Shown piece after piece: positions 49,910 through 59,278 of a DNA stretch of 64,000 nt; the first letter of the stretch is position 1; each line of letters begins with the position of its first letter. The notes beneath the pieces were generated by a model. That model had not been told where the DNA came from. It did no database searches and saw only the letters and a list, made by a program, of their open reading frames with translations. The stretch is from positions 238,739 to 302,738 of the forward strand of contig CAJTJB010000001.1 in NCBI GenBank assembly GCA_910576955.1, in the 5' to 3' direction. The position numbers and the translations under genes are program-made. The DNA is from an uncultured Alphaproteobacteria bacterium (GTDB lineage Bacteria > Pseudomonadota > Alphaproteobacteria > RF32 > CAG-239).

Positions 49910-50673
49910 TCGCGGCGCAACCCTTTGATTTCCGCCTCGATAGCATCTGACAAATCGTCATTGCCGCTTTCGGTTTCCTTTTTTAATTCCGTATCTGCTG
50001 TTTCTTCCTGCATTTTGGTAAAGAGCAACAGGTTTTCCGGTTCTTCGCCTTCTTCAATTTCGCTCACATATGAGGTTGATGTTTCGGAGATATAGGCGGG
50101 CGTTTCCCGAATATCCTTTTCAATATCCCTATCTTCATTTATGAACTCTTTAATGCGGATAACCTGCTCTTTTTCCGGTGCAGCTTGTTCACCGGCTGTT
50201 TCCTCTTTAGCAACGTTTTTACCGGAAATAACATCCTTTGCAGGCAAATTGTCGCGTTGTTTTAGTTCTTCTTCCGTCAGTAATTTGGCGGCTTCCACTT
50301 CAGCATCTATGCATTCAAGCAGCCACACGTCATAAATGGGGTGCTCAATCGCATTTATTCCGGGAGTTGAAGACAACATCCATCCGCGGAAAATATTATA
50401 TTCATCCTCGCCGAAACTTTTATCTGCCACATCAACAAACGCAAAATTTTCGGGCGTTTCTTCCGCCGGACGTTTTTTGCACGCACGCAACACCAGCGAA
50501 AAATCGCCAAAACTTATTTTGGAATTAACCGGCACGGTGATTTTATTGACGCGCCCCGTCACCTTATCCATTGCCTGCATTAACGCTGCATTTGTCGGAA
50601 TTTCTGCCGCCAGTGCGGGTGCACACATTAAACAGCAAAGCGCTGCCGTATATTTCAGCTTATTTTTCATCAT
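49906..50673 (-). CDS. Secreted DUF2155-like protein with a long acidic C-terminal tail
   Basis: Signal peptide MMKNKLKYTAALCCLMCAPALA; core VTGRVNKITVPVNSKISFGDFSLVLRACKKRPAEETPENFAFVDV; then an E/D-rich tail. Last gene of the mce-mce operon. Confidence 0.5.
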   Translation of the reverse strand: MMKNKLKYTAALCCLMCAPALAAEIPTNAALMQAMDKVTGRVNKITVPVNSKISFGDFSLVLRACKKRPAEETPENFAFVDVADKSFGEDEYNIFRGWMLSSTPGINAIEHPIYDVWLLECIDAEVEAAKLLTEEELKQRDNLPAKDVISGKNVAKEETAGEQAAPEKEQVIRIKEFINEDRDIEKDIRETPAYISETSTSYVSEIEEGEEPENLLLFTKMQEETADTELKKETESGNDDLSDAIEAEIKGLRRD

Positions 50674-51187
50674 TGTTTGTCACCATAAAGATAATTTCAC
50701 CCACCATATCTTCTAAAGATTTGGCATCTTTCGTATTTGTCGCCGTTGAACCAGCAGCCATTTTTTCTTTTGCTTTTCCCGGTTCAATCTTAACATATTT
50801 ATCGCCCATCAGCCCGTCGCCGGCAATCATTATCTGACTGTCTACGGGTAACGAAATCTGCGGCATTATGCTTAATTTAACATCTACCATATAATCCAGC
50901 GGGTTTACGCTTTGAGATACGACAGTTCCAACTTTGATGCCGTTTATTCGCACGTCTGCGCCCGTATTTAACCCGCCCACTTTTAAAAAGCGGCTGTTTA
51001 TCTCATAACCTTTTACCACCTGCAAATCCGACACGCGGTATGCAAACATCATAAACAGGGCTGCGACGGCTAACACGACCAGCCCCATAATTGTTTCCAC
51101 CGGCTTTTTATTCATTGTCTTCTCCTTTATCTTCTGCCTTGTTTGACCGGGCTTGTTTTCCCTTGCCCATTGCCACAATGCGTTCAA
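50660..51187 (-). CDS. MlaD-like single-MCE-domain protein, paralog 2
   Basis: Probable start MNKKPVETIMGLVVLAVAALFMMF near 51115 (N-terminal TM), with MCE-domain pattern ...GYEINSRFLKVGGLNTGADVRINGIKVGTVVSQSVN... Confidence 0.75.
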   Translation of the reverse strand: MNALWQWARENKPGQTRQKIKEKTMNKKPVETIMGLVVLAVAALFMMFAYRVSDLQVVKGYEINSRFLKVGGLNTGADVRINGIKVGTVVSQSVNPLDYMVDVKLSIMPQISLPVDSQIMIAGDGLMGDKYVKIEPGKAKEKMAAGSTATNTKDAKSLEDMVGEIIFMVTNNDEK

Positions 51188-51623
51188 GCAATTCTTCTAA
51201 TACGAGGGCATCCTGCGTATAGCTGATGCTGCCTTTATCCGGAATATAATCTTCTGACCCGCCGACTTCTATTTCAACATATTTGCCGCCTATCAGCCCG
51301 AAGCTGACAATCGAAGCGCTGCTGTCATCCGGTATGCGGTAACGGCTGCTGATGTTTAAGGTCAGGCGAGAATTAAAATTTTCATCAAGTTCGGCTTTTG
51401 AGACACGCCCGATATTTACGCCCGAAAGACGGACGGCATCTCCAACATTCAAACCGTCCGTGCGGCCAAAACTTGCGTATATGTCATATGTATCGCCGAT
51501 GCCTCGATTTTTGATTGAGGCATTATGCGAAATGGTTACGAACACAACAATCAGGACAACGGCAAGAGCCATTATTCCGGTGCGAATCGACTTTTCTTCC
51601 TCAATAGAATATTTTTCCTGCAA
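51108..51623 (-). CDS. MlaD-like single-MCE-domain protein, paralog 1
   Basis: N-terminal TM GIMALAVVLIVVFVTI, with MCE-domain pattern YDIYASFGRTDGLNVGDAVRLSGVNIGRVSKAELD. Confidence 0.75.
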   Translation of the reverse strand: MQEKYSIEEEKSIRTGIMALAVVLIVVFVTISHNASIKNRGIGDTYDIYASFGRTDGLNVGDAVRLSGVNIGRVSKAELDENFNSRLTLNISSRYRIPDDSSASIVSFGLIGGKYVEIEVGGSEDYIPDKGSISYTQDALVLEELLERIVAMGKGKQARSNKAEDKGEDNE

Positions 51624-51777
51624 AATCTTGCTCCGTTATATTTTATTATAAACACTTTGTTTATAGAATATAAATAATTTTTTGTCACCTATGTTTTGAT
51701 TTATTCCGCCAAATTGTGAAAATTTTAAACATTTTCCGTTATATATGCTTTATAGCTTTTTGTTTATAGGGTAGATT

Positions 51778-52497
51778 ATGATTAATATTCAACATATTTC
51801 CAAAGAATATGGCGGCAAAATAGTTTTAAATAACCTTAATCTCACTTTACGCCGCGGCGAGGTTGCGGCATTGGTGGGGGAGAACGGTGCCGGGAAATCA
51901 ACGCTTATGCGCATTATGTGCGGATATGTGGCTCCGTCTGAAGGCAATGTATCTATATTCGGCAATGACATCCGTGAGCAAAGAATAAAAGCCTTGCAGC
52001 ATATCGGATATGTTCCTGAAATCTCAAATTTATACGGTGATATGATTGTTTATGATTTTCTAAAATGGATTGCCGAGCTGCACGCCGTTAAAAATGCCGA
52101 CGCCGCCATTCTTGATGCTGCAGAAAAAATACATATTACGGAAACCTTTTCACAAAAGATTGAAACCCTTTCCAAAGGATATAAAAAACGGGTGGAGATT
52201 GCCTCGGCAATTTTGCATAATCCGGATATTCTTATTCTAGACGAGCCGACAGACGGACTCGACCCTAACCAAAAAAGAGATTTGCGTAAGTTTATGAAAC
52301 AATATGCCCACAAGAATATTGTTTTGCTCTCAACGCATGTTTTGGAAGACACAAAAGACGCGGACAGAATTATCATGCTGGCCGATGGGAAAATCATAAA
52401 AGATACCAGCATCGCCGAATTTAAAAAAATATCTAAAAGCAGAGATCTCGGCGAAGCTTTTCACTTGTTAACCGAACAGGCGAAGGAGGAAGAATGA
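51778..52497 (+). CDS. ABC transporter ATP-binding protein
   Basis: Walker A GENGAGKST, signature LSKGYKKR, Walker B ILILDEPT. Confidence 0.9.
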   Translation: MINIQHISKEYGGKIVLNNLNLTLRRGEVAALVGENGAGKSTLMRIMCGYVAPSEGNVSIFGNDIREQRIKALQHIGYVPEISNLYGDMIVYDFLKWIAELHAVKNADAAILDAAEKIHITETFSQKIETLSKGYKKRVEIASAILHNPDILILDEPTDGLDPNQKRDLRKFMKQYAHKNIVLLSTHVLEDTKDADRIIMLADGKIIKDTSIAEFKKISKSRDLGEAFHLLTEQAKEEE

Positions 52498-54836
52498 AAC
52501 AATTTCTTGTGCAGTTTAAAAAAGATTTTGCCGCTTATTTCAGCGGCGTTAACGCGTATCTGATTATCTTTGCCTATTATCTGCTGTCTTTTTTTTCCGC
52601 ACTTTATTTGGGCGATTATTTTGTGCGCGAAACGGATGTTATGAATGCCTATTTTGTGATGCAGCCGCTGGTTTTGGTTTTGATTATTCCCGCTGTTACC
52701 ATGCGCACTTGGGCAGATGAAATCAAGAGCGGCACAATTGAACTCTTATTAACCCAGCCTATCAGCCATACGGTTTTGGCATTGTCAAAATTCTGCGCTG
52801 CTTTTGCTTTCTTTTTGGTGCTGATTTTATGCTCTGTTCCTTTCTTGTTTATTTCCGGCATCTTGTCTTTTTTGGATTGGGGGATGGTTATTTCCGCATA
52901 TCTCGGCTTGATTTTTTCGGGGGCATTGTTTACTGCCGCAGGCTGTTTGATTTCCTCTTGCTGCCGCAGCGTTATTACCAGTTTTGTATGTACCGTTTTT
53001 GTATTATTTTTTATATTGCAGCTTGATTTTTCGGCATCCGGCACATGTCTGCCGGTTAACGCGTTCGGCTTTGGCTATCATTATCGCGCTTTTTTAAGCG
53101 GCGCTTTGTTATGGGGTAATTCAGCATATTTCATTCTAGCAACACTTTTGCTGCTTTGGCTAAATGTGGTTATGCTAACGCAGCGTTCCGACACTTCGGC
53201 AAACGGAAAGCGTTTGTTTCGTTATTTTTCCGTTTTATTATTTGTGATATTCTTTTCCGGCAATTTAAGCGCTTTTTTGTTTTCTGACACTATTGCAGAC
53301 TTTACAGACAATAAGATGTATACTTTAACGGAGAAAAACCGGAATTTTTTGCATTCTTTAGACAAACGAATCGACATCACCCTATATGAGGCAAAAAGCA
53401 AACGTGAAGACGGAAGCTCGCGTTATGCTTCATATGCCGCCTATATCGAACGCTTTTTACAGCAAATCCAAAAATATTCATTCGGGGCTGTCCGTTATTC
53501 TGTTATCCGTGTTGAGCCGTTCAGCGCTTTAGAACGTCGGCTTATCAGGGACAATATCCCCTATGAAGAAGATAATTTCGGCAATAAAAGCTTTATGGCG
53601 ATGGATGTTTCCGACAATAGCGGCAACATGTTGCAAATTAACGCCTTGGAAAGCTTGAGGCAAAATTTGTTAGAAACGGACATTATGCGCCTTATCCGGA
53701 TGTTTGGCAAAGAAAAGAAATCTGTCGCACTGTATGTTTCTTCCGATGAGCTAAACGAAATGCAAGGTTTTTATAATTTTTTAAACGAATTTTATAATGT
53801 GGATTTTATCCATTCGGATACGCAATTTATACCCAATACCTACGATGCCGTTATATTAATTAACCCCACAGAATTATCTTATGGGTTTCTGCCGGCACTT
53901 GACCAGTATATCTTAAATGGCGGAAACGTGGTTATGTTCCATGAGCCCTCCCTCTTGGGACATGGCGACAACTCTGACTTATCAGATTTTCTCAACACTT
54001 ACGGCATTAAACCGCTTGCAAATTTCGATATTGCCGACGGCAGTTCCCCAATACGTCCGGCAATGCCGTATAAAGCCGAAGACCGAGATGATATTCGTGT
54101 GGTGATGACGAACGAAGCCGGCGAGGTTCAAACCCGTCCCAGCCGTTTATTCGCCTCAATGCCTATATTGGTTTCAGACAATAAAAACATCGGTGTTTTG
54201 ACCAAAGGGAAATTTGAAACACACTATCGGGAGTTTGCTGAAAATAGAGCCGGCTTTTTATCCGAATCTTCACAAAGCGGGCAGTTCTTTTTCTTTTATG
54301 ACAGCGACATCTTAAAAGACTACCTGTATGCGGCAGATGAATCTAAAGGGGCGGGATTTTACCAAATTGTTTCATTTGCCGACAATCAATTATTTTATTT
54401 GCAGCTTATTGACAAGGCGACCCATAACGGGATTGAAACCGAACTTAATTACCCCCATTATTCGATGAATTTAGCCGGTATCAGCACTTTTATCCTCAAA
54501 GCCCAACAGAAAAACTATCAAGAAATGCTTGACACACTGCAAACTAAAATCAACTCCCTTAAAAAAGCTTTAGATTTTGCGGATACATCTTCGGTGAGAA
54601 ATCTCGGAACCCGACATAAGCTGACATTAGACTTGGAAGAGGCAGAGGATGCGCTTAACGAAACCAAAAAGCTTATTATTGCCGATTATCATTCGGCTAT
54701 TGCCGGTTTGACCATTGGTATCCTTTTAGTCATTCCTTGCTTTTTACTTGGTATCTTATGCCTCGCTTTATACATTTTCCGTAAACACAAAAGGTGCAAA
54801 ATCAGGAGGTTAATATCTGATGAAATTACACATTAA
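52494..54836 (+). CDS. Fused ABC-2 type permease and GldG-like (ABC_transp_aux) auxiliary protein
   Basis: The N-terminal 240 aa carry 6 TM helices (ABC-2 permease-like). An extra TM is followed by a roughly 450-aa soluble domain with a C-terminal TM anchor (IAGLTIGILLVIPCFLLGILCLALYIF), the topology of GldG. A 4-bp overlap with the ATPase gene. Confidence 0.6.
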   Translation: MKQFLVQFKKDFAAYFSGVNAYLIIFAYYLLSFFSALYLGDYFVRETDVMNAYFVMQPLVLVLIIPAVTMRTWADEIKSGTIELLLTQPISHTVLALSKFCAAFAFFLVLILCSVPFLFISGILSFLDWGMVISAYLGLIFSGALFTAAGCLISSCCRSVITSFVCTVFVLFFILQLDFSASGTCLPVNAFGFGYHYRAFLSGALLWGNSAYFILATLLLLWLNVVMLTQRSDTSANGKRLFRYFSVLLFVIFFSGNLSAFLFSDTIADFTDNKMYTLTEKNRNFLHSLDKRIDITLYEAKSKREDGSSRYASYAAYIERFLQQIQKYSFGAVRYSVIRVEPFSALERRLIRDNIPYEEDNFGNKSFMAMDVSDNSGNMLQINALESLRQNLLETDIMRLIRMFGKEKKSVALYVSSDELNEMQGFYNFLNEFYNVDFIHSDTQFIPNTYDAVILINPTELSYGFLPALDQYILNGGNVVMFHEPSLLGHGDNSDLSDFLNTYGIKPLANFDIADGSSPIRPAMPYKAEDRDDIRVVMTNEAGEVQTRPSRLFASMPILVSDNKNIGVLTKGKFETHYREFAENRAGFLSESSQSGQFFFFYDSDILKDYLYAADESKGAGFYQIVSFADNQLFYLQLIDKATHNGIETELNYPHYSMNLAGISTFILKAQQKNYQEMLDTLQTKINSLKKALDFADTSSVRNLGTRHKLTLDLEEAEDALNETKKLIIADYHSAIAGLTIGILLVIPCFLLGILCLALYIFRKHKRCKIRRLISDEITH

Positions 54837-55764
54837 AGTTGCTTTCTTTATAGCGTGCTTAACTCTTCCGCTGCTTGGTTTCGGTCTTTATCAAAACGCT
54901 AAAACATTTTATACTATGTCGCGCGGCAATTATTTTTTTGCACACAGCCGCAATAATCTGCAACTCAAAACAATCGTTATTGACTTTGGCAATGACAATA
55001 AAATTACTATTGAAGAAAATAACGGCTTATGGCGCGTTAAAGAAGCAGACGATTACTTTGCCTCCTTTGCACAAACCGGCTCTTTATTGAAATTTATTTC
55101 CGATACAGTTGTATACAGGGCAGATAAACTTAATGAAAATGATATTAAGGAACACCTTGAAAAAACAATTAAAATTATTTGCAAAGATACTAAAGGCAAT
55201 GTTTTAGAAAGTGCGGCTTTTGCCCCGAAAAAAGACAATAACCGTTATCAATATGCTTTGCTTAACGACAATTCTTTTTTATATCAGCTTAAGGGAAATT
55301 TTGCCCCATCTTCAGTATTGATGGATTGGGTACAAATGCCATTGCTGAATATCTATGAGGACAGCATTAAAAGAATCGAAACAAACACATTTGCCGTATA
55401 CCGCCATTTCTCGGACGAACGTTTGAAATCGGTTGAAAATAATGAACTGGCTCTCTATATCGGGCAGCTTATAAATAATTTCCGATATTTAAATGCTGAA
55501 GACATCAAACACATTACGCATTTTAATCCTGCCTTGTTCAAAAAAGTGAAACGTTATGATATTACCCTCTTTAACGGAATGATTTATGATTTGGAAGTCT
55601 ACAACAAAGACAATGAATACTGGTTGCGCATTCGCCTTAACCACGAATTGACAGCTCCGCTTGCAACAAAGAGGCAAATTAAAGAACGGCAGATTTTATA
55701 TGACGGCTGGTTCTTTAAAATCAATAAAGACAAGGGATATGTTATTTCCAGCTTTTCGCTGTAA
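54820..55764 (+). CDS. DUF4340-like protein (frequent partner of GldG-type ABC systems)
   Basis: 314 aa with an N-terminal TM/signal anchor, overlapping the preceding gene. The ATPase / permease-GldG / DUF4340 order is conserved. Confidence 0.5.
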   Translation: MKLHIKVAFFIACLTLPLLGFGLYQNAKTFYTMSRGNYFFAHSRNNLQLKTIVIDFGNDNKITIEENNGLWRVKEADDYFASFAQTGSLLKFISDTVVYRADKLNENDIKEHLEKTIKIICKDTKGNVLESAAFAPKKDNNRYQYALLNDNSFLYQLKGNFAPSSVLMDWVQMPLLNIYEDSIKRIETNTFAVYRHFSDERLKSVENNELALYIGQLINNFRYLNAEDIKHITHFNPALFKKVKRYDITLFNGMIYDLEVYNKDNEYWLRIRLNHELTAPLATKRQIKERQILYDGWFFKINKDKGYVISSFSL

Positions 55765-55770
55765 ACATTA

Positions 55771-55796
55771 AAGCCGGCATTCTCTGCCGGCTTTTT
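55771..55796. terminator. Bidirectional intrinsic terminator between the DUF4340 gene and ettA
   Basis: AAGCCGGCA, TTCTC, TGCCGGCTT, then TTTT. Confidence 0.75.
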
Positions 55797-55799
55797 AGC

Positions 55800-57479
55800 T
55801 TATCGTTCCAACTTTTTATATTTGACGCGATGCGGGCGGCACGCCTCTTCGCCCAAACGACGGATTTTGTCTTTTTCGTAGTCTTCAAAATTGCCCTCAA
55901 ACCACTCTACATGCCCTTCGTCTTCATAGGCTAAAATATGCGTTGCCAAGCGGTCTAAAAACCATCTGTCGTGCGAAGTTACCAACACGCAGCCGGGATA
56001 ATTCATTATGCCTTCTTCCAGTGAACGCAGCGTATCAACATCCAAGTCATTGGTCGGCTCATCAAGCAGAATCACGTTTGCGCCTTTTTTAAGCATTTTC
56101 GCCAAATGCACGCGATTGCGTTCGCCACCTGAAAGCTGCCCGATTTTCTTTTGTTGGTCTGTGCCTTTGAAATTAAACTGTCCGACATAAGCGCGGGACG
56201 GCATTTGTTTTTTGCCAAGTTCTATGATATCCAAACCATCGGAAATTTCTTCCCAAATGGTTTTATCCGCACGCAGTTCGTCACGGCTTTGGTCAACATA
56301 GCCTAAATCCACCGTGTCGCCCATTACAATCTCTCCCGAATCGGGCTTTTCCTGTCCTGTTATCATCTTAAACAACGTGGTTTTTCCGGCTCCGTTCGGA
56401 CCGATTATGCCGACAATCGCCCCTTTCGGAATCTTGAACGACAAGTTATCAATCAAAACGCGTTCGCCAAAGGCTTTGGAAATATTTTTAGCCTCTATTA
56501 CCATATCGCCCAGACGCTCGGTCATCGGGATATTGATATACGCCTGCGTGATTTGCTCTTTAGAAGACTCTGCCAACAGCTCTTCATATGCATTGATACG
56601 CGCTTTAGATTTTGCCTGACGGGCTTTCGGATTTTTGCGTATCCACTCCAATTCGTTGGCAAGCGTTTTTTGGCGGGCATTTTCTTCTCTGGCTTCCTGC
56701 TCTATGCGCTTTTGCTTTTGCTCAAGCCAAGATGTGTAATTGCCCTCATATGGAATCCCCTGCCCGCGATCAAGCTCGAGAATCCATCCGGTGACGTTAT
56801 CAAGGAAATAACGGTCGTGCGTTACCATAACTACCGTTCCTTTATATTCACGCAAGTGATGTTCCAGCCACGCAACCGACTCGGCGTCCAGATGGTTGGT
56901 CGGTTCATCCAAAAGCAGCATATCGGGTTTGGAAAGCAGCAAACGGCACAATGCAACGCGCCTTTTCTCTCCGCCGGATAATTTGGTTACATCGGCATCT
57001 GCGGGCGGGCAGCGCAATGCATCCATTGCAATCTGCACGGCACGTTCAATATCCCATCCGTTTGCGGCATCGATTTTTTCCTGCAGCGCTGCTTGTTCTT
57101 CAATTAACGCATTCATTTCATCATCGCTCATCGGCTCGGCAAACTTCATTGATACTTCTTCAAAACGCTTTAACAAAGCTACGGTTTCGCCCAAGCCGTC
57201 CATCACATTTTCCATTACGTTCTTTGCCGGGTCTAGTTTAGGCTCTTGCTCCAGATAACCGACTTTGACGCCATCCGCCGCCCAGGCTTCGCCGTTAAAT
57301 TCTTTATCCACACCGGCCATAATTTTTAACAATGTCGATTTACCGGCGCCGTTGACACCCAGCACACCTATTTTTGCCCCCGGAAAAAAGGATAGGCTGA
57401 TATTTTTGAAAAGCTCTTTCCCGCCGGGAAAAACTTTGCTTAAGTTTTGCATTACATAGATATATTGATATGATGCCAT
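55800..57479 (-). CDS. ettA: ABC-F family translation factor EttA (energy-dependent translational throttle)
   Basis: 559 aa with two ABC cassettes (GVNGAGKST / GPNGAGKTT; [11 protein letters not shown] / [11 protein letters not shown]) and a linker typical of EttA/YjjK. Confidence 0.88.
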   Translation of the reverse strand: MASYQYIYVMQNLSKVFPGGKELFKNISLSFFPGAKIGVLGVNGAGKSTLLKIMAGVDKEFNGEAWAADGVKVGYLEQEPKLDPAKNVMENVMDGLGETVALLKRFEEVSMKFAEPMSDDEMNALIEEQAALQEKIDAANGWDIERAVQIAMDALRCPPADADVTKLSGGEKRRVALCRLLLSKPDMLLLDEPTNHLDAESVAWLEHHLREYKGTVVMVTHDRYFLDNVTGWILELDRGQGIPYEGNYTSWLEQKQKRIEQEAREENARQKTLANELEWIRKNPKARQAKSKARINAYEELLAESSKEQITQAYINIPMTERLGDMVIEAKNISKAFGERVLIDNLSFKIPKGAIVGIIGPNGAGKTTLFKMITGQEKPDSGEIVMGDTVDLGYVDQSRDELRADKTIWEEISDGLDIIELGKKQMPSRAYVGQFNFKGTDQQKKIGQLSGGERNRVHLAKMLKKGANVILLDEPTNDLDVDTLRSLEEGIMNYPGCVLVTSHDRWFLDRLATHILAYEDEGHVEWFEGNFEDYEKDKIRRLGEEACRPHRVKYKKLER

Positions 57480-57497
57480 TTTTCTTTTCCTTTACTT

Positions 57498-58040
57498 TTA
57501 GCGATATTGCGATTTCAGTTCTTCTTCGCGGATTTTTTTAAATATCCCCTCTTTTTGCGCCTGCCGCTTTTTCTTTTCCTGCAATTTATCATAATATGCA
57601 TTCAAGCGACTCCGCTCATCATCTTTGCGGTTATATAAAAGTCGAGGGTCATATTCCTGACGCGGCTTGATGACTTTGCCGTCAGGCATTTTGATTTTGC
57701 CGTTTTTATATAACGCGGCCTTAAAGATTTTTTGCCGGTCAAAACGGGCATTAACCTCTTCACACCCCAGCAGCCCCTCGCGGCGCTTATTCATATAGGC
57801 GCGCGCTTTGGCAGAGTTATAGGCATACATTCCCTCCGCCTGTTCTTTATCCGAACGGGCAGAACTGACCAGATATGCTCTGGCAACCAATTCAAAAGAG
57901 GGGTAACGCGATGCACCACAGGCCAATCCCTCGCCCGAAACATATCCGAGCGTTCTGACATCTTCCAGATAGTTATTTGCTGCAATTGCCTGACAAATAA
58001 CTAAAAATAAAGCTATAAATAGGCTTACTACAAATTTCAT
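57498..58040 (-). CDS. Hypothetical secreted protein (180 aa) with a basic C-terminal tail
   Basis: Signal peptide MKFVVSLFIALFLVICQAIA, two Cys, and a K/R/E-rich C-terminus. Confidence 0.45.
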   Translation of the reverse strand: MKFVVSLFIALFLVICQAIAANNYLEDVRTLGYVSGEGLACGASRYPSFELVARAYLVSSARSDKEQAEGMYAYNSAKARAYMNKRREGLLGCEEVNARFDRQKIFKAALYKNGKIKMPDGKVIKPRQEYDPRLLYNRKDDERSRLNAYYDKLQEKKKRQAQKEGIFKKIREEELKSQYR

Positions 58041-58116
58041 TTCTTCTCTCTTTGGCTTTTTTGTTGACGTTGGCGATTATAACTGCAAATAAATCGATTT
58101 CAAGCTAAAAAATCAA

Positions 58117-58145
58117 TTGACAAATTAAAACAAGTAACGTATATT
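58117..58145 (+). promoter_or_regulatory. Near-consensus sigma70 promoter for rpmJ
   Basis: TTGACA (58117-58122), 17-nt spacer, TATATT (58140-58145). Confidence 0.55.
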
Positions 58146-58177
58146 GCGCTCAAACTTTTGTGTAAGGAAAAAGAAAA

Positions 58178-58303
58178 ATGAAAATATATAGCTCTTTAAA
58201 GTCTAAAAAAGCGCGCGTTAGAGGTTGTAAGCTTGTTCGCCGCAGAGGGCGTCTTTATGTTATTAACAAAAGAGAGCCTAAATACAAGGCTCGTCAAGGT
58301 TAA
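58178..58303 (+). CDS. rpmJ: 50S ribosomal protein L36, zinc-less (YkgO-like) type. Below the 60-aa ORF-track cutoff.
   Basis: Encodes [41 protein letters not shown] (41 aa). Compare E. coli YkgO [53 protein letters not shown] ribosome-binding site precedes it. Confidence 0.85.
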   Translation: MKIYSSLKSKKARVRGCKLVRRRGRLYVINKREPKYKARQG

Positions 58304-58321
58304 TCCGGACGTTTGGATTTT

Positions 58322-58349
58322 TTTAAATCGGGCAGTTGCCCGATTTTTT
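58322..58349. terminator. Bidirectional intrinsic terminator between rpmJ and acpS
   Basis: ATCGGGCA, GT, TGCCCGAT, then T7; an A-run precedes it on the other strand. Confidence 0.8.
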
Positions 58350-58354
58350 TATGC

Positions 58355-58759
58355 TTAAACCTTTTCTATAACGGCAACTGCATTGGCATATGCCCGCTCG
58401 TTTGATAGGGTCAGATATATTTTAAATTCCTGCCCGCCGGCAATTTCATAGGCGCGGGACAATGCTTTATTATATAAAACTATTTCCGGTTTGCCGTGAG
58501 AATCGTGTTGAATTTCGATATCTTTTAAGGTTATGCCGTTTCTAAAGCCCGTTCCCAACGCTTTTGCCGCGGCTTCCTTGGCGGCAAAACGGGTGGCAGC
58601 GGCAACTATCAATTCCTCATAATTCCGGCAGTTGCGTTTTTGCAATATTTCCGTTATTTCGACGGTGGTAAAATATTTGCGCATAAAATGCCGCAAAAAC
58701 GACTCGCCTTTATCAAAGCGGGAAATTTCGACAATATCACATCCCAGTCCGAGAATCAT
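58355..58759 (-). CDS. acpS: Holo-[acyl-carrier-protein] synthase
   Basis: MILGLGCDIVEISRF...GKPE matches the 4-phosphopantetheinyl transferase AcpS pattern. 134 aa. Confidence 0.9.
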   Translation of the reverse strand: MILGLGCDIVEISRFDKGESFLRHFMRKYFTTVEITEILQKRNCRNYEELIVAAATRFAAKEAAAKALGTGFRNGITLKDIEIQHDSHGKPEIVLYNKALSRAYEIAGGQEFKIYLTLSNERAYANAVAVIEKV

Positions 58760-59273
58760 TGGTTTTATCTCCGTTATCCGTTTTTTTGCTTAAAACCCGC
58801 GTTATCAGATGCGAACACAACAGCCATACCGCGATGTAAAAAGGTATGCACCCGATAAGCATCGGGTAGAATACAGGCCAAATATCGCTTAAAAATGTGC
58901 TAAAGTCAAGCGTTATCACCGTATGAAACAGCTCGCCGAACAGTGCTTTGAAATTAACAGGCAGGTGCGGCGCATCGTGACCAAGCAAAAAATGCCCCGT
59001 GTGTAAGGTTGCATACCATATTAACGGGAACGTCCACGGATTACCGGCGATTGTGCCTAATGTGGCGGCAATGCCGTTTTGTTTTGTGATTTTCGCCACC
59101 GTTAACGATAGTAATATATGGAATCCGACAAACGGCGTAAACGACATGGCAACGCCGGTTGCAAACCCTTTGGCTATGCTTTGCGGCGTTCCTTTTAGCG
59201 AATCGAGTTTTTCGATTGTTTTTTGATATATTTTCCGTAGTTCAAGTCCCGTTTTGTTTATCAGGGACATCAA
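58737..59273 (-). CDS. DUF2062-family membrane protein
   Basis: 178 aa with 3-4 TM helices, a common arrangement between spoT and acpS in alphaproteobacteria. Confidence 0.5.
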   Translation of the reverse strand: MMSLINKTGLELRKIYQKTIEKLDSLKGTPQSIAKGFATGVAMSFTPFVGFHILLSLTVAKITKQNGIAATLGTIAGNPWTFPLIWYATLHTGHFLLGHDAPHLPVNFKALFGELFHTVITLDFSTFLSDIWPVFYPMLIGCIPFYIAVWLLCSHLITRVLSKKTDNGDKTNDSRTGM

Positions 59274-59278
59274 ACCTC

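Noticed and set aside
50660-51187. Apparent 80-bp overlap between the two MlaD-like ORFs
   Set aside because: It is an artefact of the track choosing the most upstream start. The TM-containing start MNKKPVETIMGLVVLAV near 51115 gives a normal 4-8 bp junction.
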